A program made the translations under genes and the position numbers. A stretch of 60,112 nucleotides of DNA, the filler included, from Sphacelaria rigidula (taxonomy: Eukaryota), in NCBI GenBank assembly GCA_964200075.2. It is 5 parts of 5 records of this genome, joined end to end, with 100 filler letters (N's around TTAATTAATTAA, not from the genome) between each part and the next. Parts side by side here need not be neighbours in the genome. Positions count along the whole stretch, not along the records: positions 24,087 to 36,028 come from CAXNAA020004307.1; positions 36,129 to 48,070 come from CAXNAA020004308.1; 3 more parts are not named here. One strand, 5' to 3'. Under the pieces are notes generated by a model. That model had not been told where the DNA came from and did no database searches. It saw only the letters and a list, made by a program, of their open reading frames with translations. The number at the start of each line of letters is the position of its first letter. Position 1 is the stretch's first letter. Below are positions 26,746 through 37,962 of the stretch, piece after piece.

Positions 26746-28214
26746 TTTTCTCACACACTGCCCAACAGTAGAGAGCAACCATGTCGTGGGTACATAAAAT
26801 TCGACTTATTGGTCGACGAGGGAAAGGGACTGCTGAACCCCTCTCGCGATAAAAAATGAAGGCAAGCACCGCAGAAGGTGGAGGACTAAACCACACAAGA
26901 AAAGAAAACGGCTTCTGTGTTGACCTTCCTTTTATGTGACCCCGGCTGGTGCGCCCACATATAATGTTCATTTATCCTCAAAACTCCGCGAAAAACACGA
27001 AAAAAAAGGAAACGAACGAAAAAAGAAAAAAATCCATCAATTTCTGTTCATTATGCACTAACGGTTCTCCATACGAAATTTCGAAGCACAACTCTCAAAA
27101 ACTGAGACGCGATATCCAGACTCACGGCTTGTAGTGCCTCTGCTCGTAATATATTGATTTTAGTATGAGAACTTATGTGCGCCATATCTCGAGAGAGATT
27201 ACGGATTAGGTGAAGGTGAGGGCATCTATCGTCTCCCCGTGCTCCAGGAAATGTCTACACCAAAAATCGTCATCCGCTGGATATATCGTTCGGGGTCTCA
27301 TATATATTAGTATGGACGCTATCTCCGTATGGTACAAGAATTGCTAGACATGGGGTTTCATCAACGAGAAAATGTCGGCCCAAACGTTTGAGCAGATGGG
27401 CACCTACCCCTTGATTAGACGATTAATACGATATGCGGATCACGGCCCAACTCGTCTGTGTCCAGGAGATATTGCTCTGAGAGCTAATTCCGATTCTTGG
27501 CTGGCCCAGCTCGTATATCGTTTGAATAAATAATTCTACCATATATATCTCATGTCCCCAAGTTCAGTTTGCCGCGTGCAGGGGAGTGTTGAGGGGTTTC
27601 GGAGCATGTAGATGCTTCGAAAACACGGAAGCATTTCGACAGGTTTCATTTGTTTCAATATGTTCTTGCATGCAGCTTCTGCGTGCATGACTTGTCCACG
27701 ACGAGGCTGCAGCTTCGCTTGTTGCACAGAGACGCAGAGGGTACCTATGCGCGGGTTGCTGTAATACACGTGCGCCCTTTCCGTGTAACCACATGTTTGT
27801 ATCGTTTGAACAATCCCTGCGCAAAAAAAAGTGTCTCAATAATTGTGTCGCGGCCAATTTTAATGTCAAGTCAGCACAGACCATGTGGTGAAGTGACCCT
27901 TTGAAGAATGATTCGACTCGATATGAGTCTGCGTGTGTTGTCGTCCCATATATTCTGGACGCCGGTCTACACCTTTCGGTATAGGTAAGCGCACCAGCCG
28001 GGGTCACACAGGAGGAGGAGGCCATCACAGGAGTTTTTTTTAGTTTGCTTTAGTTTTCTTTCCATCTTTCTTTCTGCGGTGCTTGCCTTTGTTTATTTTT
28101 TCACCGCGAGAGGGGTTTAGCAGTCGTCTGAACACCAAAATTCGGATTTTAGCTTACAGTCCCAAGTGCTCCCAGCGTGCGTAGACTGTTGTTTTATGTC
28201 CTAACCCCTAGGGC

Positions 28215-28974
28215 TTCCAAGGCCAACACCAATGGAAATCGTTCAAAATTCCAATCAAAAACTCCCTTTTGGGTCCTTCTCCGTCGATTCACGACCGGAA
28301 AGAGGGGCGGATGTTGACGCCTTGGAATTACTTGCTCTACTCGTTGAAACCGTTCCACGGTAACTTGGCTTTTCCTGCTGGCCGCAGTTTGATGTCTTGA
28401 CCGTTTACTATTGAAAATCCGTGTTAAGCCAAAAATGGAAGTGCAGCCAGGGGGAGATGCAAATTTACCCTGAAACGGTCTCAAAGAGTAGAGCAAGACC
28501 GACTTTAATGGAATAACCCTTAAAACATTCCGTTCAAAACTGCCTTTTTGGCCTTTCTCCGTCGTTTTACGCCCGAAAGAAGGCTAGGCGGATATTGACG
28601 CCATGGAATGACTTGCGCTACTCATTGAGACCGTTCCAGGGCGACTTTGATTTCCCGCAGCCTGTACTTTTATTTTTGGTCAGACACGGATTGTCAATAA
28701 AAAACGGTTGGACGATAAAAAAAAGGGGATTTTTTTTCATCATCTGACCGTTTTTTACTGAGAATCCGTGATTGTCCTGGCTTGTCCAAAAACAAAACTG
28801 CGGCCAGCGGGAAAAGCAAATTTTCCCTAGAACGGTCTCAACGATTAGAGCAAGTCATTCTACGGCGTCAACGTCCGCCTAGCCCTCTTTTCGGGCGAAC
28901 GTCGACGGAAAAGGGCCAAAAAGGCAGTTTTCTACAGGAGTTTTGAACGGCTCTCATTATGGTTGGCCTTGGAA
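28215..28974. repeat. Foldback element with nested long inverted repeats
   Basis: Outer TTCCAAGGCCAAC / GTTGGCCTTGGAA. Inner imperfect palindrome at about 28530-28930 centred near 28728; the arm unit is also repeated at about 28240-28500. Confidence 0.7.
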
Positions 28975-29993
28975 TTGTTTTCTTCGACCGAAAAAATGGG
29001 GCGGTGGAATTGATTTGAACCAAATTCGCTCATTTTTCTCGAGTTGGGTCCAAGCTGACTTCCAAGCTTTCGATCGAAAAAGAGTACGCAACTCAGGTTC
29101 CCCCCATACCACGCAGTTCCGTCGCTGATCCCCACCGTGAAAGAAGATGCGCAAGTTCTCGCCAACGAAAAATAAACAAAATCATACCCAACTACTGTTG
29201 TGTATCAATCCTTGGGCTTAACTCGTGCTCATGCTGCAGGGTTGCGGTGGTAGCTGAGAACGAGTTGGATGAAGTTTGCATGGTCCGATGGACAGGTGTT
29301 ATCTGCCGTTGTGATCTGTACGATAGGAGTCAACTGCCGCTTCGTGCCTTCCGACCGCATGTTTTCGATCGAAAATGATTTTTTTTTGTATCAAATAGTT
29401 TTTTCCAAGCGTAACGAATCATAGTTCTGGGTCGAAGCCTTCTAGGAACATAAATGCGGTGGACCTATCAGATCTGCAAAAAAAAAACGACCGCACGTTT
29501 TCGATCGAAAAAAAACACGCCCTTTCGTCCATCTTGTATGGCAACCAATAAATCAGGGATGTGTACTCGCACGGATTAGGAATAAATCCGCGGAGCGAAT
29601 TGCTACGGTGCGGTTTGTCAAACCGCACTGCTTCGTGACAACCCATGACTTTTCTCACAAGCGGATATCCGCTCCGTAACATATTCGAAAAATCCGCTCC
29701 ACTCCGTCACAATAGAAAAAAACACTTCGTTCCGTGAGGATTACAGCTGCGCAGTAGGAACCGTGGAACGCGTTTTTTCTACGAAGCGGTTCTATCCACT
29801 CCGTAGCTCATCCGTCCGTTCTCCGTAGCACAAGTTACGGATCAAACGATTGAAAAGCCACGGATTTCCACGGACGAAAATGTTCCGCATGCCGGATAAC
29901 TTGGAATTCGAAGTATAAAAAATATTGTTTTAGATAAGCAATTAATCTATTCGGTTTTGAAACTACTGCAAATCTTGCAAAACGCGGTTTGCA

Positions 29994-30029
<36 letters not shown>
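29994..30029. repeat. (CA)n microsatellite
   Basis: Directly visible. Confidence 0.9.
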
Positions 30030-30031
<2 letters not shown>

Positions 30032-30636
30032 ACGCACGCACGTGCGCCTCAAACTGGAAACCGTAATCCAATCGCGGCGGCGGTGCGCGGACCTCGGATG
30101 GTTGATGCCATGAATTCCAATACCGAACACAGCTAGTGCCGAGCAATCTTCTACTTCAGAGGCTAAAGTGGAGGTGTCCACCTCCACACCCCGGTCTGGT
30201 TCTCCTCCTCCTTCTCCTCCACGTGAGAACTCTTCTAATTCTACTGTGCACACCCCCACACCTCCCCCCAAGACCGTACAAATAAGCGTTCGACGCACGG
30301 TGGTCAATGCGGCAGTGGACGCTGGTGCTAGGGTAATCTCAGGGGTGTGGCTATACTTCAAAAGTTCGACAAGGAACACGAGATTATACGTGGAGCATTT
30401 CATCTGCTGTCCCCACTGTCGAGCATCTGGAAGTCTTAGCAAAACGACCCCTTTCGTGCTTCTTGGTATTTATCCGCGAATATCCATACATTTGTCGCGG
30501 ATAACCGTGTCATTTTAACGGATTATTGTCACGGTGCACCGTGGGGAAACGCCGCGATATGCGCGGGTCGTTCCACGGAGGGGGAAAACCCGCTCCGTGA
30601 AAAAATCCGTGAGACGGACATCAGCTCCGCTCCGTG

Positions 30637-30856
30637 CACACATGGCCATTTGGCTACCTCCGAAATTCCTCCAGGTGGGTAAAATTTTCGAGCCTCCAGA
30701 GGAATCAAACGCCTGCGGAGCGGTGCGCGGCCCTCCAGTGGAAATTACTTAGTTTCCTCCAGAGGGATTGAAGGCCTCCGGAGGATTGTTTTGCCTCTGG
30801 AGGGCCGCGCATCCCTCCGGAGGCAATTTTGGGGGGTAACCAAATGGCCGCGTGTG
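30637..30856. mobile_element. CACAC-ended MITE, copy 2 (nested in the hAT-like element)
   Basis: Colinear with 26169-26385; flanks TG/TG. Confidence 0.7.
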
Positions 30857-31288
30857 TGACATAATCAAGGCCGGGTATCCGCTCCCCAAAATTAGTGACA
30901 TTTTTAAGCGCGGGTATCCGCTCCGTGAGATTTACAAAAGTAATCCGCACCGCGGAGCGGATTGTCCCCCGTGAAGTCCCCCGTACACATCCCTGCTGTA
31001 CGTGTACACATATGAGTATTTCAGCCCGTTTACGGGCGATTATTTCGCGTGGATTAATTTTTCGGACCTCAGTCCGTTGGGCAATGTTTCCCGGCTACTG
31101 ATAGCTCTGAGGAAACCAGAACAATTCTCCGATTCTCTGAATGTTAACTTCTGGTTCGTCACCTTTTTGCTCGGATCGGGAGACTACCGCATCTCCCGCG
31201 AATACACGCTAGAAAATCGCCCGTGAACGATCTGAAATGCTCATATTCGTACAAGTACAGGTTGGTTGCCATACAAGATCCGCGATGC

Positions 31289-31460
31289 GGGTAGTCCATC
31301 TGGATCGCGCATAATTTTTTCATGTGAAATTGATGCCGATTCAGGAGGTGACCTCCCCTCGCGGTCAAAGGGTTGACCCTTACACGGCGAGAGGAGGCCA
31401 TCTGTTGAATCGTCATCAATTTCACTTGAAAAAACTGTGCATGATCGGGATGGACTATCC
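31289..31460. repeat. Head-to-head inverted repeat; a single arm also occurs at about 17380-17460
   Basis: GGGTAGTCCATC...CCTCGCGGT pairs imperfectly with ACGGCGAGAGG...GATGGACTATCC. Confidence 0.6.
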
Positions 31461-32363
31461 TCCTCGAGATTTGAGGGTTAATCGGCGCCGATTTGAGGTA
31501 TTTGAGGTCGACCAACGCAACCCTTCGCCTACGGCATACTTTGTCCCGTTGTCCGAGGGTTCTCGTCAGCCTTGGTTGAGACACGTTAAGGGTTAGAATC
31601 AGGAACGTTTTTATCTTATTCAAGAAAATTTTTGAAGCATCATTTCACCATGTGGTAAAATTACCTCCCTCGAGTTCAGAGAGCCCGTGTATCGGAGAGT
31701 CTGAGGCTCCTGTCTACCTGTTTTATCTCCTGTATCAGCATCATCTTCACGTGAACAACGAACCTGAGACCCAGGTTGCTCACGCTGGCGATCCAAGGGT
31801 TACAAACATATGGAGATGGAGATATTGTATCAGCCCATGCTATATTTTAGCGGCGGGGAGATTAGCTCGTGCAATTTTGAGCCAAAAACTGTACAACGTA
31901 CCAGACTACCGTGTTCTTCATGATAGTGCTGTATTCTCTTGCCCTCTCCACTCCTCTCCGTGTTCCTCCTCTATCTCTTATGAGTATTATCCAGAAGCAC
32001 AATATACCAAACCCCTTCAGAGGGTGACCCCTTCCTCCCCGCAACAAAATTAATCGAATATTGGACCGGCAGAGTGGGGCATCTCATGATCTTGCCCTTA
32101 GATTAATTCATCAAATGAAATTGATGACATGATAACATCTGATTTACGCGGGGGGTAACTCGACATGATATCCCAATGAACAGGCGGAGTTTTGTCGCAG
32201 CGGACAGATACTGCTGTACAGACGAGATGGCAACACGGCGGTCCCGACAGACTCTACACAACCAACACAAATGAGAGCGTGACTAAGACAAATGAGAGCA
32301 GGATACAGTTGCGAGCGTCTCGTGTGTAGGAGTACACGACGCGCTCGTCAGCTTGGGTAAGCT

Positions 32364-32666
32364 GTGTTCAGGAAGCGAACATTTGACAGTTGAGCAGTGA
32401 GCGCTCACTGGTAGTTCAATGGTCAAATGCTCGCTTCCTGCACAAAAGATATGCGGTTTGAATCCCGGCATGATCGACTGTGGAAGGAATGAGTTTGACA
32501 TGTGGACAGTGAAGCATGCGAGGGGCAAGAGGGCCCGGAGATCCCTGATGTGTCGTGCCGGGATAGACTACGCAGCATATCTTTTGTTCAGGGAGCGAAC
32601 ATTTGACCATTGAGCTACCAGTGAGCGCTCACTGGTTCAATGGGTAAACTGTTCGCTTCCTGAACA
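32364..32666. repeat. Nested palindrome built from tRNA-Gly-like (SINE-head-like) units
   Basis: Arms at about 32364-32476 and 32552-32666. Each arm contains the palindrome CAGTGAGCGCTCACTG and an A-box-like TGGTAG[T/C]TCAATGG; the left arm also has B-box-like GGTTTGAATCCC. Confidence 0.7.
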
Positions 32667-34513
32667 AGCTGTGCGGCTGAACATACAAACAACAGTTTTT
32701 TTTTCACCTTATTTCATGATGCGTTCTCGTGGTGCATCACATCAGTCAGTATGGACACACGCACAGTCGGTAGTGCAATACATATGGACACACGCACGTA
32801 GCGAGACAGTAGTTACTCTGAACGAGACCTATCGTCCGACATTTCCCCTAGCCCATATCTGTATCACCAGTCATCAATATCGATGGTGCACTCGGGTGCA
32901 CATTTTTTTTTTCGGTCGGAGAAATCCGAAGCGCAGACCTGGTGAAACACATGATGAGGCCCGAAGGGAGGCAGCTTATATTGCTTGAAAATAATCCACA
33001 CACTTCCAAGGTGATACCACATTCCGGTGGCATAGCCCTGACTGCCTACAAGCCTAGGGCATTGTCATTGTTGGAAAATGCGTAATCTAGGTCTGTACAA
33101 CGCGTTTAAAGTCGCAAGGCTGAATAATACCCGCATTCTTGTGGAAGCGTTCAACGGTTGCATCTGATCTTTATGAAGGCGTTCTCCTCGATGCCGCGGC
33201 GATACTCGTGAGCTTCTGAACTGTTGTGCTGCGCTGGACTGCACCACGAGGCGGGCGGCGGGCAAGCTGACATCGGCCTCGCCTACTTAACATTCAAAGC
33301 TCACTCAATCAAAGCCTTCTTGTGCAATCGGAGTTACTGTGTTGGCAAAAAAGTTGTCTACGCTCTCGTGTCATGCATCTCAGAAGGGGTTACGTGCTCC
33401 ATGTTGTAATATTTTGCGTCTTGTGGTCAAAAGGGTCGGGCATATGCCGAGGTCATCCTGCAGTACATTTAGATCCGCGCACAAGCAGCCCCTCAAACAG
33501 CAACTGACCCACGTTTTGATACGCACTCTCACCTGCGCTGCCTCTATGGCTACTGTCAAGTCTTCAAGAAAAACCCAGTGCTGTTGAAGAACTCGGAAGA
33601 AATGCATCTATGCCGAAGTTAGGACGGTGGTATTGGTGGTGGGAGGACAACGGGCTCAACGGGAAACATGGAGCAGTGTTATGAGCAGCGTTTTTTTTTT
33701 AATAGGGATGACATTGATGACGACAAATGACGACGCCTCCGCGAGGAACGGTGGAGGATGGCAAAAATCCTGATTTCGCGAGGACGGTCCGCACCTGCTG
33801 TCTTGTATGGAGCAGCGACCCAGACATCATCGGCCAGGCGGAAGGATAAGACGCGTCGACGATGAAGGTATATTTTTAAAACAGACAGACAGTTCATCTC
33901 GCAGATTCAAAGGACGACAGTGCTGTATCCAACGAGTTATGACATAATCCGTCCATCCTAGGCTAAACACCACCCCCCCCCCCCCCCCCTCCGAAACCTG
34001 ACCACCGGTGTCACGGGAGAGCACCGCGCTTGCGTAACACCCCCAGCAGATATATGGAGAACGGTTTCAACACTTACGTAGATAAATCTTTCTATTGCAA
34101 GAGGATTTGCTGAAATGCACCCGTGCTGTAAATGAAGCGAGTTCGCTGAAGTTTGAAAAAATTGAATTTTGGTCCGCAGCTACATGCATGCGCTGGAGTG
34201 GCGAATACACGACCAATACTTGCAAGACACACCCCAGTCCAGCACCCCTGCTCAGCCACGTACAACAAAGTACAGGATAGCCCAGCTCAGTTCTCGATAG
34301 TGCAGCACAGTGCAGTGAAGTGCAGAGCAGTATGGAGTACTGTACATTGCGCGGAGTATAGTTCTGGGTGCTGAAGTGCGTCGACTGCTAAAATAGAAGA
34401 AAACGCCGTGTGCAGAAGTGGCGGCTGCCTGCAAGCATCAAACTGCTGACTGCGGTCATCGGTTTCCGCGTATATCCGTGAGTTAGCCTTCGACAGCTGC
34501 ATCGGATGCAGCC

Positions 34514-35836
34514 GTGGTGGATGATATCGAACTTCACGACATGCGTGCTAAAGTGCAAAAACTTGAGCGTCGGGTCTCACACCTCAACTGCCAGCTCGAT
34601 AATGGTCCGCCTCTAGAATCCGCGCTCAGGCGGGTGACAGCTGAAGGGGCGGCGGAGGAGAAACGGGCTGTGGTCACAGCGGCTGGGTCTATAGTCAGGA
34701 TAAACATATCCTAGAAGGTTCGCATGAACTACGGAATGTGTCGGGGGCTGGGGCTGAGAGATACGTTGCTGACCTTGAGAGAAAGATCCGCCCCATGGAG
34801 GGTTTCCTCACGCATGACACGCCGTCGACGCTGTTGGCGTTAATGGACGGTCTGTGCCGTATCACTGTCTGTGTCGGGTGATGACCACGACCTGCCTTTT
34901 GCTGATGATGATGGCGTGTCGAGAGGGACGAAGGGTGTGTCCATAGATGCACCTGACACCGCCGCGGCTGTCGATGTCGACATATCGGAAGCGGCCGAAG
35001 AAGCGGCGGGAGGGGTGGATGCCGTGTAGCCCAGCGGTAGCGGTGTGGCAGGATGGCTTAAGGATGGCGTGGTTGATGGGGAGTCCGTCAGGTCCCCCGC
35101 CAGCTGTACGGCGCCTATTATGTCGATAACGCGGCAAGGGTCTCCGCCTAATGTAGACAGAAAGAGGAAGAAGCGGGTTGAGAGACTTCACATGTTGGCG
35201 ATAAACCTCATCACAATTGCAGTAGGACGGACGTTTGTAGCGGCACCCGAGTTCAAGTTAGCGCAGGTCTTCAAGACGCACGGAACACCTGAAGTGGTCA
35301 TTGATTTTGTCACTGGTCACGGATTTTGTATGATAGAGTCTGTGCGGTATAAGCGCGAGCGGCACTACGTGAGGATGTGGTTGGACTGATACCTCCTTAT
35401 TCTGGCTTTGCGGGCTGCTTCAATCCCGTGGGACAACTGCGACTTTGTACCCACGACCGCTGTTAGAGTGGGTGAAGCACCTGTGTGTGCTATAGCCGCC
35501 ACCTGCGTGGCTCTGGAGGATTTGCTCGGCAATCTTCCCAGGATGAATGACCACCGCGGGCAAGGAGAGTTGGTGGCCGCGAATATTACTACGGGACCAC
35601 AGGGTCAATTCGATGGGGAGCAATGGGGTCAATTCTTCTCGGTGTTCGACCAAGAAGCATTCCGATGTGCAGTGGCAAGGATCGTAGATGAAGGTGGCAA
35701 CATTGATACGTGCTTGGAAGTAGAAGTCAGACGGGTGAGAGGATTTGTCACATTTGCGTGTATGGTTATTGTGAACAGCTATACGAAATTGTGGAAATAT
35801 TTTCCCCCGACGAAGGTCGGAATGTTCTTGTGTTGA
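34514..35836 (+). pseudogene. Degenerate transposase-like coding remnant (Academ/DUF6589-like)
   Basis: Intronless ORF pieces broken by stops. LAQVFKTHGTPEVVIDFVTGHGFCM followed by WDNCDF resembles the 'GxxxSY...DNxD' pattern of these families. Recognised from motif memory only. Confidence 0.35.
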
Positions 35837-35970
35837 CTTGGCGATCTCATGTGCCGGTGTTGGAGCGCCATCTTTGAACCATGAAGATGCGAGTAAGTCA
35901 ATATCCCAACAGCAGAGGGGATGAGAAAATGTTGGTGCAATCCGTGATATAATAGTGTAACGAGTACATG

Positions 35971-36028
35971 TGTAAGGAAGGCGTATCGCTAGAGTAGTCA
36001 GAGACCTACGGGGGGAGACTGCCGTCCT
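35971..36028 (-). mobile_element. LTR terminus of the same gypsy family as 48171-52729, cut by the linker
   Basis: TGTAAGGAAGGCGTATCGCTAGAGTAGTCAGAGACCTACGGGGGGAGACTGCCGTCCT matches 52480-52537. There is no PBS-like sequence in its flank. Confidence 0.8.
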
Positions 36029-36128
36029 NNNNNNNNNNNNNNNNNNNNNNNNNNNNNNNNNNNNNNNNNNNNTTAATTAATTAANNNNNNNNNNNNNNNN
36101 NNNNNNNNNNNNNNNNNNNNNNNNNNNN

Positions 36129-36530
36129 TGAGGCCAGTGGATTCTGGAGAAGTCCCTCACTGAATAGTCCTCTTGTCCAGATCGTCTGGCAGAGGCTATA
36201 CGCTGCGGTCCATCGTCGAACCACGTTCAGTCCCAGGGTTTTCCAACCCTAGGCCTGAGGGGGGGTGTTATGGATCGCGGCGTAATGGTGGGAGGGTAAT
36301 GCGAGGGTGAGCCCAGCTATTCGACTGACGGGCTCGGAGGGCTAGTTGATGTGACCTACGGGTATTCCAACTAGAGAAGAGGGAGTGGTGTCCGTTATAA
36401 CGGTTGCACAAACGCCTCCGTGCGCGCCGTGATTGCATTACCCAGCACAACCCTTGGTTTTACTCTCTTTTTGAGCACGCAAGAGCGAGCTGAGAGCTCA
36501 TATGAATCTTTTGATGAGGCTATCAAAACC
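36129..36530 (+). mobile_element. Possible 3' end of a Ty1/copia element (RNase H tail, PPT, start of 3' LTR)
   Basis: ILEKSL resembles the copia ADILTKxL motif. GAGGGGGGG at 36257-36265 is immediately followed by TGTTA at 36266. The LTR end is not defined. Confidence 0.35.
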
Positions 36531-37962
36531 ACCACCGCGAAATAGAAACTGAATCGCTTGTGGGGCTGTGATCAAGGTCCTCGCCGTTCCACGTGAACTG
36601 TACTGCGTTGGATGTATTCTCTGTTGCTATGACTTTGCTGGTTGGCGGCTGAACACGATGAAACAATACAGAACGGATCCCTGAACCATAATCGAAATAT
36701 GGTCGTCACGATAGTATAATGGTGAATTTCAGTGCACAAACCGATGGTGTACTTGCGGCATGTTCCGGCATAGTCAACATGGTATATATTAGTCATCGCG
36801 TATTTGTATGCGCATGAAATAACTCAACTGGATACTTGTTCGAGACCACGAGACATATCGCCTTCCTGTAAGCCAGTAGCGATGCCTACTGCTGAGAACT
36901 CCATCACTATACCGTCTGTTTGTAACAAAGATACCAGGGTACGTTCCTTGCCTCTGTAAGAGTGCTATTTTGTCATTGTGCCTTTACCTCGGGTACCGAC
37001 GGCAGCAATGATCAAGACGTGTGTTTGATTCTTCGCCTCTTGTCGCGCAATGACGACCTACCGGAGAAAATACCAGATTAGAATTGTCTATCCTTTGACA
37101 GCCAGGGTGGGTCACCTGGGACTGACATTCGTTCTTCAAGTACTCAATATTACCTAATCAACACGTGGACTCCCCCAAGCGATCAGAGGGTTCAGTATCA
37201 CGAAAACATGATGCTTCAAGGTGCTGGACAGAGCTTATTTCCACCAAACAAGCAACCGAGCGAGGGGACAGAGCAAACATCACACCTCGACTTGTGCACT
37301 ACCGTCGAAGAACGCAATCAAAGCCACGCAGAATCGATAGCACACCACATTACAGTTCCCAGCACTCCCTGCCGCCACCCCACGCTGCGGCACATTCAGG
37401 TTTTATGGGGAAAATGATATTACATACAATAAATACGTGGCACACATTAAAATAGAGAGGGGTTTCCACCTGTGCGTACTTTCTGTTGCTGCATATTCGA
37501 AATCATCCCTCACAAGAGGCAGTCGGGTCTGCTGCCTGCTGCCTATTGCCCGCTGGTTGTATTCCGTGCGTTACGCACTACAAGCAGCATGTGCCCACAC
37601 CACAGACAACCCCACAGAAAAGGTCACGCTCGACAGACATCACGAGCCTACTGGATGGACTGGACCGCATAATCGCTACTACTACTGTATACTTCTTCTG
37701 TTGCTACCATTACTACACTACTATTCTTAATCTTGGCTTAACCAACATACATGGTACATCAAACCCCTGAGCACACAAGGTGTACCTGTATGTACACGAG
37801 CAGCTCGCACGATACTCGTATGCTCTCACCATCACGTCCATGTTTTTTCCTGCATGTCTTACTCGATCTACTGTACCGAACAGGTAAAACACACAGCATC
37901 GACTAACATGCCCAAAAGCCATCAAATCATGATCATCACACTCCAGCAAAAAAACGCATACG

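Larger units (their letters stand above)
29554..30995 (+). mobile_element. hAT-like deletion derivative with a BED-finger transposase remnant
   Basis: TIR CAGGGATGTGTAC / GTACACATCCCTG (Ac-like CAGGGATG start) and many subterminal ATCCGCTCCGT-type motifs. ORF 30168-30518 contains SGVWLYF...CCPHC, resembling a BED zinc finger. No intact 8-bp TSD. Confidence 0.7.
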
